This document shows positions 1 to 13,650 of a stretch of 64,000 bases of DNA, in pieces. Location of the stretch: positions 183,706,001 through 183,770,000 of the forward strand of contig OX597814.1 of assembly GCA_951406725.2 (NCBI GenBank). The letters run 5' to 3'. The DNA is from Octopus vulgaris. Lineage: Eukaryota. The position numbers were made by a program, and so were the translations under genes. Position 1 is the first letter of the stretch. Every line of letters begins with the position of its first letter. Below the pieces are notes generated by a model. The model saw nothing but the letters and a program-made list of their open reading frames with translations. It was not told where the DNA came from and made no database searches.

Positions 1-339
1 CATAGGTGCCCTGGGAATGATAGCGAAAGGGGCTGATTGCTACCTAACTCAGATACCAGGAAACCCCAAAATGGCAGAAATTCAAAAGATAGTGCTCATG
101 GGAACTGCTCATATCCTACGCAAAATACTCTCTATGTAATCCCAAGGTTTAAAACAAACTTTTGTTTTTTTAATTTATGTATTAGACATTCACTAATACA
201 ACACAAAAAAAACAAATATATGGCACACTAGGCATAACAACAACGTGAACTTCCAACCTGTTGTCTCTTGAGGTCTCTGGGTGAGACATGGAGCCAACTT
301 GTACAGACATAAAGCAAAAGTCAAACATGGAATAATAAT

Positions 340-377
<38 letters not shown>
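1..377 (+). mobile_element. 3' end of an R4/Dong-type (RLE) non-LTR retrotransposon with 3' UTR and (AAT)n tail/target
   Basis: Frame from nt 2 reads IGALGMIAKGADCYLTQIPGNPKMAEIQKIVLMGTAHILRKILSM* (stop at 135-137), matching the typical R4/Dong/Rex6 C-terminus (IGALG...IQK..LLGTA.ILR). It is followed by about 190 nt of UTR and (AAT)n at 331-377. Confidence 0.75.
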
Positions 378-380
<3 letters not shown>

Positions 381-1374
381 TACTAATAGAGAATCAGTCA
401 GAATGCATTATGGTATTTGTTTTCCTTGCGGGCGGTGTTCAAATACCTGCGCAGTCATGTTTTCCCCTTCATTCTTTTGGGATCGATATAAAGGTACTAA
501 TCAAGGGTGGTAGACAGGTGCAACTAAAAGCGTGTGAGATGGTTGCCTAACGCTATTTCTTTCGGTGCCCTGAATTCTTTGTTGTAATTCGACAATGACT
601 TACTTAGCTGGGAGACTTAATTTGTCACCCGGTTTAACATCATCGCCTACCAACTTGCGTACTTTCAGTTAAGTTCCCTCCTTTGGAAACATTCTGTCCA
701 GCTCTTTTATCTGAAATTTCCTTTCGAACGTCTCCTCCATAAATCTAGGATGACTGGAAAGAATCTTGAGCAATACATCCCCTCCTTACTTAAGGATAAA
801 AAACATACCCATAAACACATACACACACATTCAAATAATAATATGTGCCTCCACAGATATTAAACTTCTGAAGAGAATATTACATTTGTTGATTTAAAGA
901 TTATATTTTCGTAGTTTAGAATGGAAGACCTGCTCACATTTTGCTGAAATTTAATAAATATTGGTTAAACGCTGTGCTGTTGTTATTTTCTGTCGTAATA
1001 GAAGAAATTCTTTGGCTTAAACAATAGGGGTAATTTACAAATTATCTTACTGTCAGTACTTATGCCCCTTTACATCTTGTGTTCAAATCTAACCGATGTC
1101 CGCTTTCGATTGTACTCTAACTTGAATCGGTGAAATAAAAACTGTTATGCAAATAAGTATGATAGAAGTAAGGTATAACTTTTCCCTAAAATACTCGGTA
1201 AAGATTTCGAAGTAGAAAAGAATGCCGTGTCTGTCTAACTCTTCTAAAACATCTGCCACTTATCTTTTATTACAGATGTGAATTAAAGTGTATATGCTCA
1301 TGTATATGTATACATACATATATGTATGTATGTATGTATGTATGTATATAAGTTTGTATACGTTATATGCATAC

Positions 1375-1407
<33 letters not shown>

Positions 1408-1948
1408 TGTATGTATGTATGTATGTATGCATGCATATTATATATATATATATATATGCGTGTGTGTGTTCCTGCGTGTATTACTCTGAAGATTCCTAAG
1501 TTTCAAGCATTGCACATCCCAATTTACGAATAAAATTTTATATTAGGCTCATGTATTGAGTCCTCTTTCTCTTCCTATGAATGTATGTATGCATGTATGT
1601 ACGCATGTGTGTATATGTATATATATATATATATATATAAATGTATACATACGTACATACATACATACATACATACATATACATACATATACGTGTGTAC
1701 ATGCTTATGTGTGCATGCACATAACTAGATCAAAAAGTTTGCAAAACGTGAAGAACTCTAGTAATTGCTTCGACAGAGATTCTGTTTGACAAATTAGTGC
1801 ACCAATGTCTGTTGGATTGTTCTATCGACAGATAAGACTGCTGCAATGGCATCCGAAGAACTTAAAATGCTTCTACAGAGCCAGAAGGAGAGAAATATAC
1901 TGATGAGAGAGAAAGACAGAGTGAGTTGTGCATAAGTGACAGGGAGTC

Positions 1949-2007
<59 letters not shown>

Positions 2008-2683
2008 GAAAGAGAGAGAGATGGGAAGAATATAAAATAGGAAGTTTCTGGGTGAGAAAGCAAATAAGCGTTTACTCACAAACGCAAATGTATGTGTAAA
2101 TATATATCAGCCCCATTCAGAGTACAGCACAATAATATCATGAACATCATCACTAGGTTTTTCGTCTTCAGTAATATTTCGAACGGTACAATTTTATATC
2201 TACGAACCATCATGAAGTACAGGAAAAGCGACATTTGAAATATACGTCTATTCATACGCACACATATATATGCACTTGCGTGTGTGAAAGTGTGTATGTG
2301 TTAATGTTTACATGTGTGCGCATATTTATGTATGTATGTTAAAATTCATCTGTTAGATGTAGGAAGAGAGCAAAAGTGTCCTATTAGAAATAAAAAAAGT
2401 TTCAAACACACTCAGACACATGCACGCAGGCATGCACACATACACATACACATGTATGTCCGTAAATATATGTGTATGTATATAAATGTATATATTTATG
2501 TGTTTTGTAAAAAGTTTTCTTTCATCGACATGTCCCCACTTTATGGCACCTTAGACGATTGTCTTCAATTGCTCCGAGCCGAAAATGCCTTTTGAGTAGA
2601 TTTGCTGGACACGGAGTCTGAAAGAAGCCCGTCGCATATATACATATGTTGCATGTATGTATGTAACTATGTATGTATGTATG

Positions 2684-2717
<34 letters not shown>

Positions 2718-3017
2718 TTTATGTGTGTATATATATATGTATATAAATGCGCTCTTTTTAAAGCCTTGTTAGGCTCATGGGCCCGGTTTCCTGGGCAACC
2801 GGTGTTGGTGCATTTATGTCCCCATAACTTGGAATTTCGGCAAAAAAATCCCATGGAATAAGTACCATGTTTTAAAACAAAGAGTACTGGGGTCGTTTCG
2901 TTCGACTAAAATTCTTCAAGGCGGCGCTTCACCATGATTGCATTCCAATGACCGATACAAGTTGAAGGTAATACATATATATATGTGTGTGTGTTGTGTG
3001 TGTGTGTGTGTGTGTTT

Positions 3018-3240
3018 GGACGTGTGGCTTAGTGGCTAGAGTGTTGGGCTCATGATCGTAGGATTGTGGTTTCGATTCCTAGACTGGGCGACGAGTTGTG
3101 TTCTTGAGCAAAACACTTCATTTCACGTTGCTGTAGTCCACTCACTAGTCCAAAATAAGTAATCGTGTGACGAACGGTGCCCCGTCAATGTGGGGAATAT
3201 ATACGCCATTGAAACCGGGAAACCGGTGTGGCTCGAGAAA
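3018..3240 (+). mobile_element. tRNA-derived SINE, family C
   Basis: A box tggcttagtgg, B box ggtttcgattcc, core tgtgttcttgagcaaaacacttcatttcacg; similar to 26350 and 38408. Confidence 0.8.
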
Positions 3241-3833
3241 AAATATTATATATATATGTACTCACACTTCGAGCACTTGTCATGTAACCTATTACCGTAA
3301 ATTGAATAAAGTATATTAAACTATTTTTCGCTCTGGGCCCAATGATACGCCTTAGATTTTAAGCGCGATTTATTCACTCTTCTTTTTACTAGTTGATTGT
3401 CTCTTTGTTGACTGTTTTTAATATCCGGATTCAAAAATATTTTGCATCTTTACTACCTTCATGAATATTTCCCCGTAATCTACTGACTACATTTTAATTT
3501 CCGGATCCTAAAAAATCCTTGCACTTTTCGGTATTAAAGATTTTTTGTAATGCATTGTCAGTAACCCGGCTACAAAATTTTACCGAAAATGTTACCGATT
3601 TTTCTTTCACATTATTTCATTTTTTTTTTAGTTTAAAGAAAATTTAAGATATTTCATATATTCTAATACTTTTTAAAATTGTGTTATATAAGTTATATAC
3701 GCTCGAGTGTACATGTACACATGTATGTATACATATATACATACATATATATATATATATACAATAATATAATTGATATATAAATATATGCATATATACA
3801 TCTATACAGGACATCAAAAAACGATATATATGT

Positions 3834-3873
<40 letters not shown>

Positions 3874-3876
<3 letters not shown>

Positions 3877-4041
3877 TATATGTAGGGAGAATTCACAAGA
3901 AACAAACGTCAAAGACAGGTGGTGTAGATAACAATCAGATGTATTAGGATAACGCTCGGTAAGCGAAAAGTCGTTAACGTTTCCACAGAAAGGAACACCG
4001 AAAGAAACAAGGAGAGAAAAGAAATAATGTGTAGTGGCTAG

Positions 4042-4047
<6 letters not shown>
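3874..4047 (-). mobile_element. Small (TA)n-flanked element of the minimal-hammerhead family, ribozyme centre deleted
   Basis: Colinear with 32312-32505 (gagaatt..acaa...tgtattag...acgtttc...acagaaaggaacac) but lacks the gagc..gctc stem; embedded in (TA)n. Confidence 0.6.
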
Positions 4048-4102
<55 letters not shown>

Positions 4103-4871
4103 AAAGACAATGCACAAGAGATAATTTCGTAGCCTTATTAAGTATAATCGAAATTCAACTACTCAATATGATTCGTAACAAAATTACATAACAAAAATTC
4201 AATTGTTCATGAGGTTTCCCAGTAAAAAAAAAAAGATGATGAAACTTCAAATGTCCGATTAATACCATATCAACAATGCGTGATAGACATTTGCAATTTC
4301 AATGATATTCATAGCAATAAAGTACGTTAGTATTGGTTTTGAAGATTTTAATGTATATACTTTATCACATGAGTGATAAAAGGAAAGAATATGATATCAT
4401 CAAGCTTTTAGCCGACCGGGACATCAGAAAATAAAGTGGCGCTCGGATTTTCCATGCTTTTTTTTTAAATCGCACATAATTAGCCTACTCCTTCCTCTCA
4501 TGTTTTTTCATATTTCTCGATTGTTATATACTTCCAACTAATCCAATCCATCTCTGCTGTACTGACTCCCTTTTCTGCCTTCTTCCTTGTCCTCCTTTAT
4601 TTTCTCCGAGAGAAAGGTTGATTGTTTGTTTATATATTTGACATATTCAGCTATTTCAGTAAAGCTCATGTGAATCAAGAAAAATTCTTATCGTGTCTTG
4701 TTTCTGCTTTATATTTTCCAATGGATTCTCGATATCAATCTTTTTGTTTATGCGTGTTTTGAATATATTCCCAAAAACCTTCACAATCACCCGATGATCG
4801 GAAAGGAAACTCTCAGTACAATCTATGTTGAAACTAAATCTTCTTTTTCTTCTTTGTTCTTACTAATATAA

Positions 4872-5090
4872 CTACATACATACATACATAGACACACACG
4901 CATACATACATACATACATACATACATACATACATACATACATACATACATAAATGCATACATACATACATACACACATACACACACATACATACATACA
5001 TACATACATACATACATACATACATACATACGTACGTACGTACGTACGTCCATCCATCCGTACGTACATACATACATACATACATACATA
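4872..5090. repeat. (CATA)n compound microsatellite
   Basis: Direct reading; source of the MYVC/HTYI pseudo-ORFs. Confidence 0.95.
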
Positions 5091-5589
5091 CAGAATAAAG
5101 AAATACAGATGCGATCAAATGCATTCTAGACATGACCATCCTGACTTATCAGACATATTTTATCTCGTAGTACATTATAATAATGTTTTCTCTTTTTGTC
5201 TCCCGAAAGATTTCTGCCTGTTGTTTGTAGGGAATGTTGCATTTATCAGATCAAGTGACTGTGTACACACTGCATCATTGGCTCTTAACTCAAAGGATAT
5301 AATTTATGAAACATAAGAAGATATTCGGTTGAAAATCATCTTTTAACTGTTCACAGGCTTCTGAAAATAGCCGTATTGTTGACAATAAAAAAGAATGCGG
5401 TTAAAGAAAACGAGTTCTAAACGTGAAAAAAACACAAAAGCATAACCGGACTCAAATACACCCGAGGCAGTAATAAATGAAACAGAAACATCGAGATTAA
5501 AATAAAGAATTTGGGTTTCAGTTACATCTGATGCTGCTTTTAGCTCCTCCTTTGCAATATCTATTGATGTATATATTTTTATATTTATA

Positions 5590-6215
<626 letters not shown>

Positions 6216-7099
6216 TGTGTCTGTATGTGTCTATTTGGAGGCTGCTAGACTAACAATATTGTGTCTGGGCATTAAAGGAAAAAAAATGGTGTGGAAACCG
6301 GGACAACCTCAGTTAAATAGACAAATAAAGCAGAGAAATAAATATTTACTTATCATAAAAAGAATCTATATCTGGAACAATTACAGCACCATTAATAGAG
6401 TCATTCCGCAGACGATGTTTTCGCTTGACAATTAAAACCTCTATTTTATAACACCGCGATACTTGCTTTCAATGTCCTATGTTGTACCTTGTTGTATGTA
6501 GTTCTTTCTCCGTTCTATTTTTGGTAGGACGCTGTACAGAAAAATATACATATAAATAAATAAAAAGAAAAGCAACAATGAAACCATAAAACGTGTTGTC
6601 CAAGTAAAAGAAGACTCTATTTTAATAGGTGCTAAAATGGCTAGTTTAATGTTCTCCTTCAGATAGTGTTTATGTTGTTTTATATTTTCATTTAGCTGAT
6701 ATTGCTTTTAAGGTTGTTGTGTATGTTGTGTAGGCGTGATTTTGGAAACCTATCATCAAATATATTCCAGAAATGACCATCTCGCCTTTCTATATATATT
6801 AAGGAGTATGTTATTCAATGCCTACTGGATTTTTTAAAACATGATGAGATTTGGTGGAAATGAGTTTGCTATTTCCAGCATTTTCACAAAATGCATAGAG
6901 GTACAGATAAATGTATCTGACACCTTTCTACAGTTTATGTTTACTCATTTCACTTTTTCATATGGAAGGCTAGAGTCAGCTCGAGACAATAGCGAAAGAC
7001 ATTTGGCCAAAATTCTTCATAGAAGGATCGAAAACAGGACTTCAAGATAGAAACACGAACGTCATAACACTTCATATATTAAGTTTCAAAAATAGTTGA

Positions 7100-7900
7100 T
7101 CATTGGGATGGTCCATATTGATCTATCCACAAAACGAATTTCCATAACATAGACAAACATTTAAAAAATATTTTAGAAATATTAAAAACATTTTTCAAAT
7201 ATTTGATTTAAAAGAACACGACAGAGACTCGAAAATATAAAATTCCCTAGGTACAACACTTGCCTAGGTACAACATTGGAGAACTTCTACATATTTTACC
7301 AACCAAAAAATATATAACATATATGAATAGGAACTCCAACCATCCGGTCACAATAATACAATACATTATAGGCAATTTTCTCACACGCATATCTAATCTA
7401 TTATCTAACAGAAAAATATATGCTAGCGTCATCCTATACTCAAGTGAATGTAGATGATATCAATCTAGAAATACATAAAACCATCAAATGATACCTAACA
7501 TTGTCACAAAAATGTTATGTGGTATTATAATTAACCTCATAGTTTAAATGTATGCATAAATGTTGGTAGGACATTTTGCGTACAAATAAGTACATACTTC
7601 TTCATTCCATATTTATAACAGAAAATCTTTCACAAAAACAACCGTTTCAAGGTCAACATATCATCTAGCCAAAGACTAAAATATGTATAAATACGACATC
7701 TACAAAAACAACTGTAGGGGGCTAAACTAGGCACTCATTCGATAGAAAATGGTTATCAAAAAATTATATCTTGAGGAAATGCAGATTCATCAATAGACTG
7801 CAATGTTGAAGCGTACATCGCGTTAACCAGGAATACTCCTAATGATATACACACATACAGCACATCGACTCTTTATGACCCAGTTACAAGTACAATGATA
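7100..7900 (+). mobile_element. Decayed Penelope-like element (RT C-terminal/thumb region running toward GIY-YIG)
   Basis: ORF 7260-7457 contains YITYMNRNSNHPVTIIQYIIGNFLTRISNLLSNRKIY, resembling the PLE motif YI...SNHPP.II....I..RIS.LSSN..IF. Downstream remnants resemble NVMWY(N) and NVGRTF. Many stops and frameshifts. Confidence 0.6.
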
Positions 7901-8242
7901 CATACGTTTTGAAATTACTTTGTCGTTTATCTTTTTTTTTTTAGATAAATAGAAAAAAGTAACAAGCATTCAATTAAATGTAGCTTTGATGTAAAAGCAA
8001 AAGCATTCAACGCCGGTTAGCCACTGTTAACTATGTGCCAGAGCAAACAAACACAACATCTAAAGATTCAGAACTTACCTGGCTACATTTTGCATATATG
8101 GTAGAAAAAAAACCTTTCTCGTCACTTCTCAATTTAATTCAATACAAGCATCAAGCTTAAGATATTTTGAAGATGACTGGAATTTTGAATTGCACACTGT
8201 TTGAACGTACGTCTGACATAAGTTGTATCAAGTAGTTCTATG

Positions 8243-8761
8243 CAGCGCTTCTTAAACGAAATGCTGGGTCGCAAAAATTAAATTCAAACACTTGAATTTA
8301 AGTTTATATGTTATTTCACAAACGCACAATATTTAACGTTATGTGCCACATTCCTATGTGAAACGACGTTTTTTTAGCTTTAAACCTTATAAAAACCAAA
8401 TATCGTTGAACGGTGAAAAACGTAGATGTTTTACGTCCAGCAGTATCACATATTACACCAAGTTTTAATTTGTTAAACAACAAAAAAGAAAAAAAACATC
8501 CGCCACATTCATTTTTACTTTGGTTTATTCTTGTACTTGAAACATTTACTTTAGTTTATTTATGTACTTAAAACAAATGCTACAGCTACTTTTATTTTGA
8601 TAAATAATATATCTACTTTTTTTAATGGTATATTGTTCAGCAAAAGAAAAAATGATTTACGCATTTCTTTGTATGTTTTATTTCATATTTAATACCCGGG
8701 GTCGCGAAAAATCACGTGATGAAAAATAGGGTCATGAATGAAAAAAGTGTAAGAAACGCTG
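8243..8761. mobile_element. hAT/Charlie-like MITE
   Basis: Termini cagcgcttcttaaac ... gtgtaagaaacgctg (imperfect TIR), with subterminal gggtcgc motifs at both ends; TSD not recognisable. Confidence 0.6.
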
Positions 8762-9204
8762 GGCGGAGAGAAAGTATGGAACCATGTGGTTGGGAAGTAA
8801 GCTTCTAACCACACAGCCACGGCTGCGCCTATATATATCTATATAATGTAGATAGGATTAAAATCCAAACTGTTCCCTCTTGAAACACATCTGCATTTTC
8901 CGGTATTCCAAATCTGTTTCAAGATGTTATATTTGCGTGAGTTATGCTTAAAAGATGAAAATTCTGGAAAATATTTTCCTGTGAAGAAATTATATATCAA
9001 AACAGGAGAGTGAAAAAAATGTTATGGTATTATTCATTCACCAATACAGATGTTCCATTTGCTAAACAGATCTGTATCTGTCTCTGTTCGAAAAAAACAT
9101 GTAGGATATCTCCTACAAGTTCAATTTTGTAACTCCTATTAGTAAATGAACAATGTGTAATAGTGAATAAATAATATCTAAAATTGATTCAATCTCCTGG
9201 TCTG

Positions 9205-9239
<35 letters not shown>

Positions 9240-9266
9240 TTATATATTATATAGTATGTATGTATG

Positions 9267-9569
9267 TGTGGAGTTACATGGCCTAGTGTTTAGGGCAGCG
9301 GACTCGCGGTCGAGGGATCGCGAATTCGAATCTCAGACCGGGCGATGTGTGTGTTTATGAGCGAAACACCTAAGCTCCATGAGGCTCCGGCAGAAGGTAA
9401 TGGCGAACTTCTGCTGACTCTTTCGCCACAACTTTCTCTCACTCTTTCCTCCTGCATCTTGCAGCTCACCTGCGACGGACCGACGTCCCGTGAAGATGGG
9501 GAACTTATACGCCAAGGAAACCGGGAAACCAATCCTTATGAGCCAGGCATGGCTCGAGAAGGAACAAAC
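9267..9569 (+). mobile_element. tRNA(Arg-like)-derived SINE, family B
   Basis: Head tggcctagtg.ttagggcagcggactcgcggtc...ttcgaatc; near-identical to 47158-47461. Confidence 0.9.
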
Positions 9570-10464
9570 GATGTATGTATGTGCCTATCCGTCTGTCTTT
9601 CTTCTTCTCTAAGCAGAAGTGAAAGACAGAGTGAGTTAGATTGTCAGAGATAGTAAAAACGACTGAAATCTGCACACGAATACAAGTAAAATCATCCACA
9701 TTAATGTGTGTATGAGGATTTAAGTGTACATATGTGATTATATACTAACAAGTAACAGTGTCACGTGCTTAACATGTATCCTTATGTGACTATTGTAGCA
9801 ATAAACTATTAGTTCAGCTTATGTCTTGAACTACGAAGCCTCTTACCAAAATCTGAGGCTTGTGATTGGTTTCCTGACCTTTGTCTTTATGTTTGTTCAG
9901 ATGTTGGCATGTCTTTGACCTCCTCGTCAACTAAACATAACAAAAACCGTTTGAAATCACGTTACTACCACCTATAGGTAATTACGTTCTTTTGAACACT
10001 CACGAACACACACAGACACTCACACACACAGAGACACGCGCTTCCACTCACACATATGTATTTATACTTATATATACATACAATCAGAAAGAAGTTTTTA
10101 TGGGAAGGAATACGAAAGTGGTTACACATTAAACCATCAATACGTCATACATGTAGATACACAAACACACACACACATAAACACACACACAGAGGCGCAC
10201 CCATACAGGCATTCCCATACACAAACAAGCACAAAGACAGACCAAACATTGAAATATATCCACATACTCGCATATGCACACATTAAACTAACAGACATTT
10301 AAAAGACATCAAACCGAAGAACAAGTGAAGTAGTTTTGGACAGTAACATATTAACGTTGAATGACAATACTTTTTCTGAGTATTTCTCCTTTATGCAATG
10401 TTTAATTGTATGTATGTATGTATATATGTATATATGTATATATGTATCTTTGTATTTATATATA

Positions 10465-10873
10465 GGTGTAGGAGAGGCTGTGTGATAAGTAGCTTGTTTA
10501 CCAATCACATGGTTCCGGGTTCAGTCCCACTGCGTGGCTCCTTGGGCAAGTGTCTTCTACTATAGCCTCGGGTCAACCAAAGCCTTGTGACTGGATTTGG
10601 TAGACGGAAACTGAAAGAAGCCTGTCGTATATATGTATATATATATATATGTGTGTGTATACTTGTATGTCTGTGTTTGTCCCTCTAACATAGCTTGACA
10701 ACCAATGCTGGTGTGTTTACGTCGCCGTAACATAGCGGTTCGGCAAAAGAGGCCAATAGAATACGCACTAGGCTTACAAAGAATAAGTCCTGGGGTGGAT
10801 TTGCTCGACTAAAGGCAGTGCTCCAGCACGGCCACAGTCGAATGACTGAAACAAGTAAAAGAGTAAAAGAGTA
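10465..10873 (+). mobile_element. tRNA-derived SINE, family A (internal microsatellite, agtaaaag tail)
   Basis: ggctgtgtg.taagtagcttg...ggttcagtcccactgcgtgg...ttgggcaagtgtc...gactgaaacaagtaaaagagta; more than 10 copies in the window. Confidence 0.9.
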
Positions 10874-11405
10874 TATGTATGCATGTATGTATGTATGTAT
10901 GTATGTATGTATGCATGTATGTATGTTTGTATATATGTATGTATGTATGCATGTACGTACGTATGTATGTATATATATATATATATGTATGTATGCATGA
11001 ATGTATGTATGTATGTATGTATGTATGTATGTATGCATGCATGTATGTGTGTATGCATTTGTGTATGCATGAATGTATGTATGTATGTATGTATGTATGT
11101 ATGTGTGTATGCATTTGTGTATGCACGTGTGTATGTATGTAGTTATGTGTTCATGTGCGGTTATGCGTTTATGTTCGCGTGTAAATGTGCATCCTTGCTT
11201 CTATTTATTTTTTCTGTAAATTTCGTTGCTAAAAGTTAGAAATGTCTTTGCAATTGATAAATTGCTTTCTTCTTATATCAGTGGAATATCACTAGGGTAA
11301 AGAACCCCTTCGGTCATGAATGACTACAGGATTGTATCTAGAAAGTTCCCCCTAAGAAGAACAAATCCGGGGAAGGTTGTTTATGAAATATCAGTAATTG
11401 GAGTA

Positions 11406-11575
11406 GGCGTAGGAGTGACTGTGTGGTAAGTAGCTTGCTTATGGACCACACGGTTCCGGGTTCAGTCCCACTACATGGCACCTTGGACAAGAGTCTTCTA
11501 CTATAGCCTCAATAGCCTCAGGCCGACCAAAGCCTTGTGAGTGGATTTGGTAGACGGAAACTGAAAGAAGTCCGT

Positions 11576-11610
<35 letters not shown>

Positions 11611-11825
11611 GTGTGTGAATATGTTTGTGTGTCTGTGTTTGTCACCCCAACATCGCTTGACAACCGATGCTGGTGTGTTTATGTCCCCATAACGTAGCGG
11701 TTCGGCAAAAGTGACCGGTAGAATAAGTACTAGGCTTAAAAGGAATAAGTCCTGGGGGCGATTTTCTCGACTAAAGATGGTGCTCCAGCATGGCCACAAT
11801 CAAATGAATGAAACTAGTAAAAGTG
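11406..11825 (+). mobile_element. SINE family A
   Basis: Full-length match to the 10465 copy. Confidence 0.9.
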
Positions 11826-12705
11826 TCGCCCATACATACCAGCTTCCCCTCTCCAAGCCATCGATGTTATCCAAGGTATAAGCACAAGCAGATACAGCTT
11901 GGCACCAGTAACGTTGCAACTCATTTCTGCTGCTGAGTGAACTAGATCAACGTGAAATAAAGTGTCTCCCTCAAGAACACGATTCACTGCCCCGACCAGG
12001 AATCGAATTCACTACCTCGTGATTGTGAGCCCGACACTCTTACCAGTGAGCCATGCGTCTTCCATAACAGGTGCATTTTACTGCTCTCAGTGATGTACAT
12101 CATGACCCTAATGAAGATCATGAAATCGAAGAACTGTGATATTTATGTTCACCCAAAGAGAGCTTTTGGTGATATGGTTTCACTAACTTGCAAAAATCGA
12201 ATTCGAGTCAAATCCGCTCTACAAATCTGCTTTTTCACTGACGCAATCATTTATTTATGTCGATACAATGTATGAATGAATTATAACTGACTTGTACATT
12301 TGAGAAACATGATATCTTTTGATTCAGACTTACGTGTAAGTAGATATCTCACTACAGTTCCCTCCGGAGTTCAGATTGAAGGCTTTGCTAGGAGATGGAT
12401 ATTCTTAGTGAAGTTGTAACGTAGGAATCTTTGTGTGGTCAATTAGCTCAAAATAGCTGCCAAGTCACCCTAGATTACATCCTGTCTGTGCGTGCGTACG
12501 CACCCGCTGAGTGTATGTATGATACTTAAAAGTGTAATAGAAAGCCACTATAAAGAAAAATAGGTACGTTTTGTTTATCTCATTAAAAATTGGGTTATCT
12601 CCCCTCGTTTTACAAGAAATATCGGCACTTTTGGTTATCTCTCAACTAAAAAATTGTTTAACATTCAATAAAACAAAGAATGAAAAAACGAAACGTCTTA
12701 TTGAA

Positions 12706-13118
12706 TCTCTTTTACTCTTTTACTCTTACTTGTTTCAGTCATGTGACTGTGGCCATGCTGGAGCACCGCCTTTAGTCGATCAAATCGACCCCAGGACTTA
12801 TTCTTTGTAAGCCTAGTACTTATTCTATCGGTATCTTTTACCGAACCACTAAGTTACGAGGACCTAAACACACCAGCACCGGTTGTCAAGCGATGTTGGG
12901 GACAAACAAAGACACACAAACATATACACACACATAGATATATATACACATATATACGACGGGCTTCTTTCAGTTTCCGTCTACCAAATCCACTCACAAG
13001 GCTTTGGTCAGCTCGAGGCTATAGTGGAAACACTTGCCCAAGGTGCCACGCAGTGGGACTGAACCCGGAACCATGTGGTTTGTAAGTAAGCTACTTACCA
13101 CACAGCCACTCCTACACC
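12706..13118 (-). mobile_element. SINE family A
   Basis: Reverse-complement full-length copy. Confidence 0.9.
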
Positions 13119-13371
13119 TGGCAACATTTTTATAACAAATCATACCATGCTTATAGAGGAGGTCAAACGTTAACAATGTGTTGAAGCACTGAATCAAAAG
13201 GATCTAACTCTTTTAATCCAATCTCTTGTCGCCACGTAAACTCAATTTTTTTAGTGAGGAGATAGCCCAATTTTTTAACGGCAATTTTTAATAGGGGTGA
13301 GATAACCAAAAAGTACCAAAAAATAAGCAAAAAAAATATTAAAACCACGTGCACTTGTTCTATATATTATA

Positions 13372-13603
13372 TATTTCCTTACTGCCCACAAAGGGCTAAA
13401 CATAGAGGGGACAAACAAGGACAGACAAAGGGATTAAGTCGATTACATCGACCCCAGTAGGTAACTGGTACTTTATTTATCGACCCCGAAAGGATGAAAG
13501 GCAAAGTCGACCTCGGCGGAATTTGAACTCAGAACGTAACGGCGGACGAAATACGGGTACGCATTTCGCCCGGCATGCTAACGTTTCTGCCAGCTCACCG
13601 CCT
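13372..13603 (-). mobile_element. SINE family D (Nin-domain-like core)
   Basis: Minus strand aggcggtgagctggcagaaacgttagc...gagttcaaattccgccgaggtcgactttgcctttcatcctttcggggtcgataaa.aagtaccag. Confidence 0.85.
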
Positions 13604-13606
13604 TTC

Positions 13607-13650
<44 letters not shown>

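Noticed and set aside
4430-4800. Possible ancient RTE C-terminal remnants (also 560-780 and 21750-21990)
   Set aside because: Similarity is fragmentary and frameshifted, below my threshold without an alignment.
9267-9345. tRNA gene calls at SINE heads (also 26868, 47158, 60080)
   Set aside because: A and B boxes are present, but they continue into SINE bodies with TSDs and lack a clean acceptor stem.
12105-12140. Hammerhead-like ctaatgaagatcatgaaatcgaagaactgt
   Set aside because: Several core positions are mutated and there is no convincing stem I; at best a dead relic.
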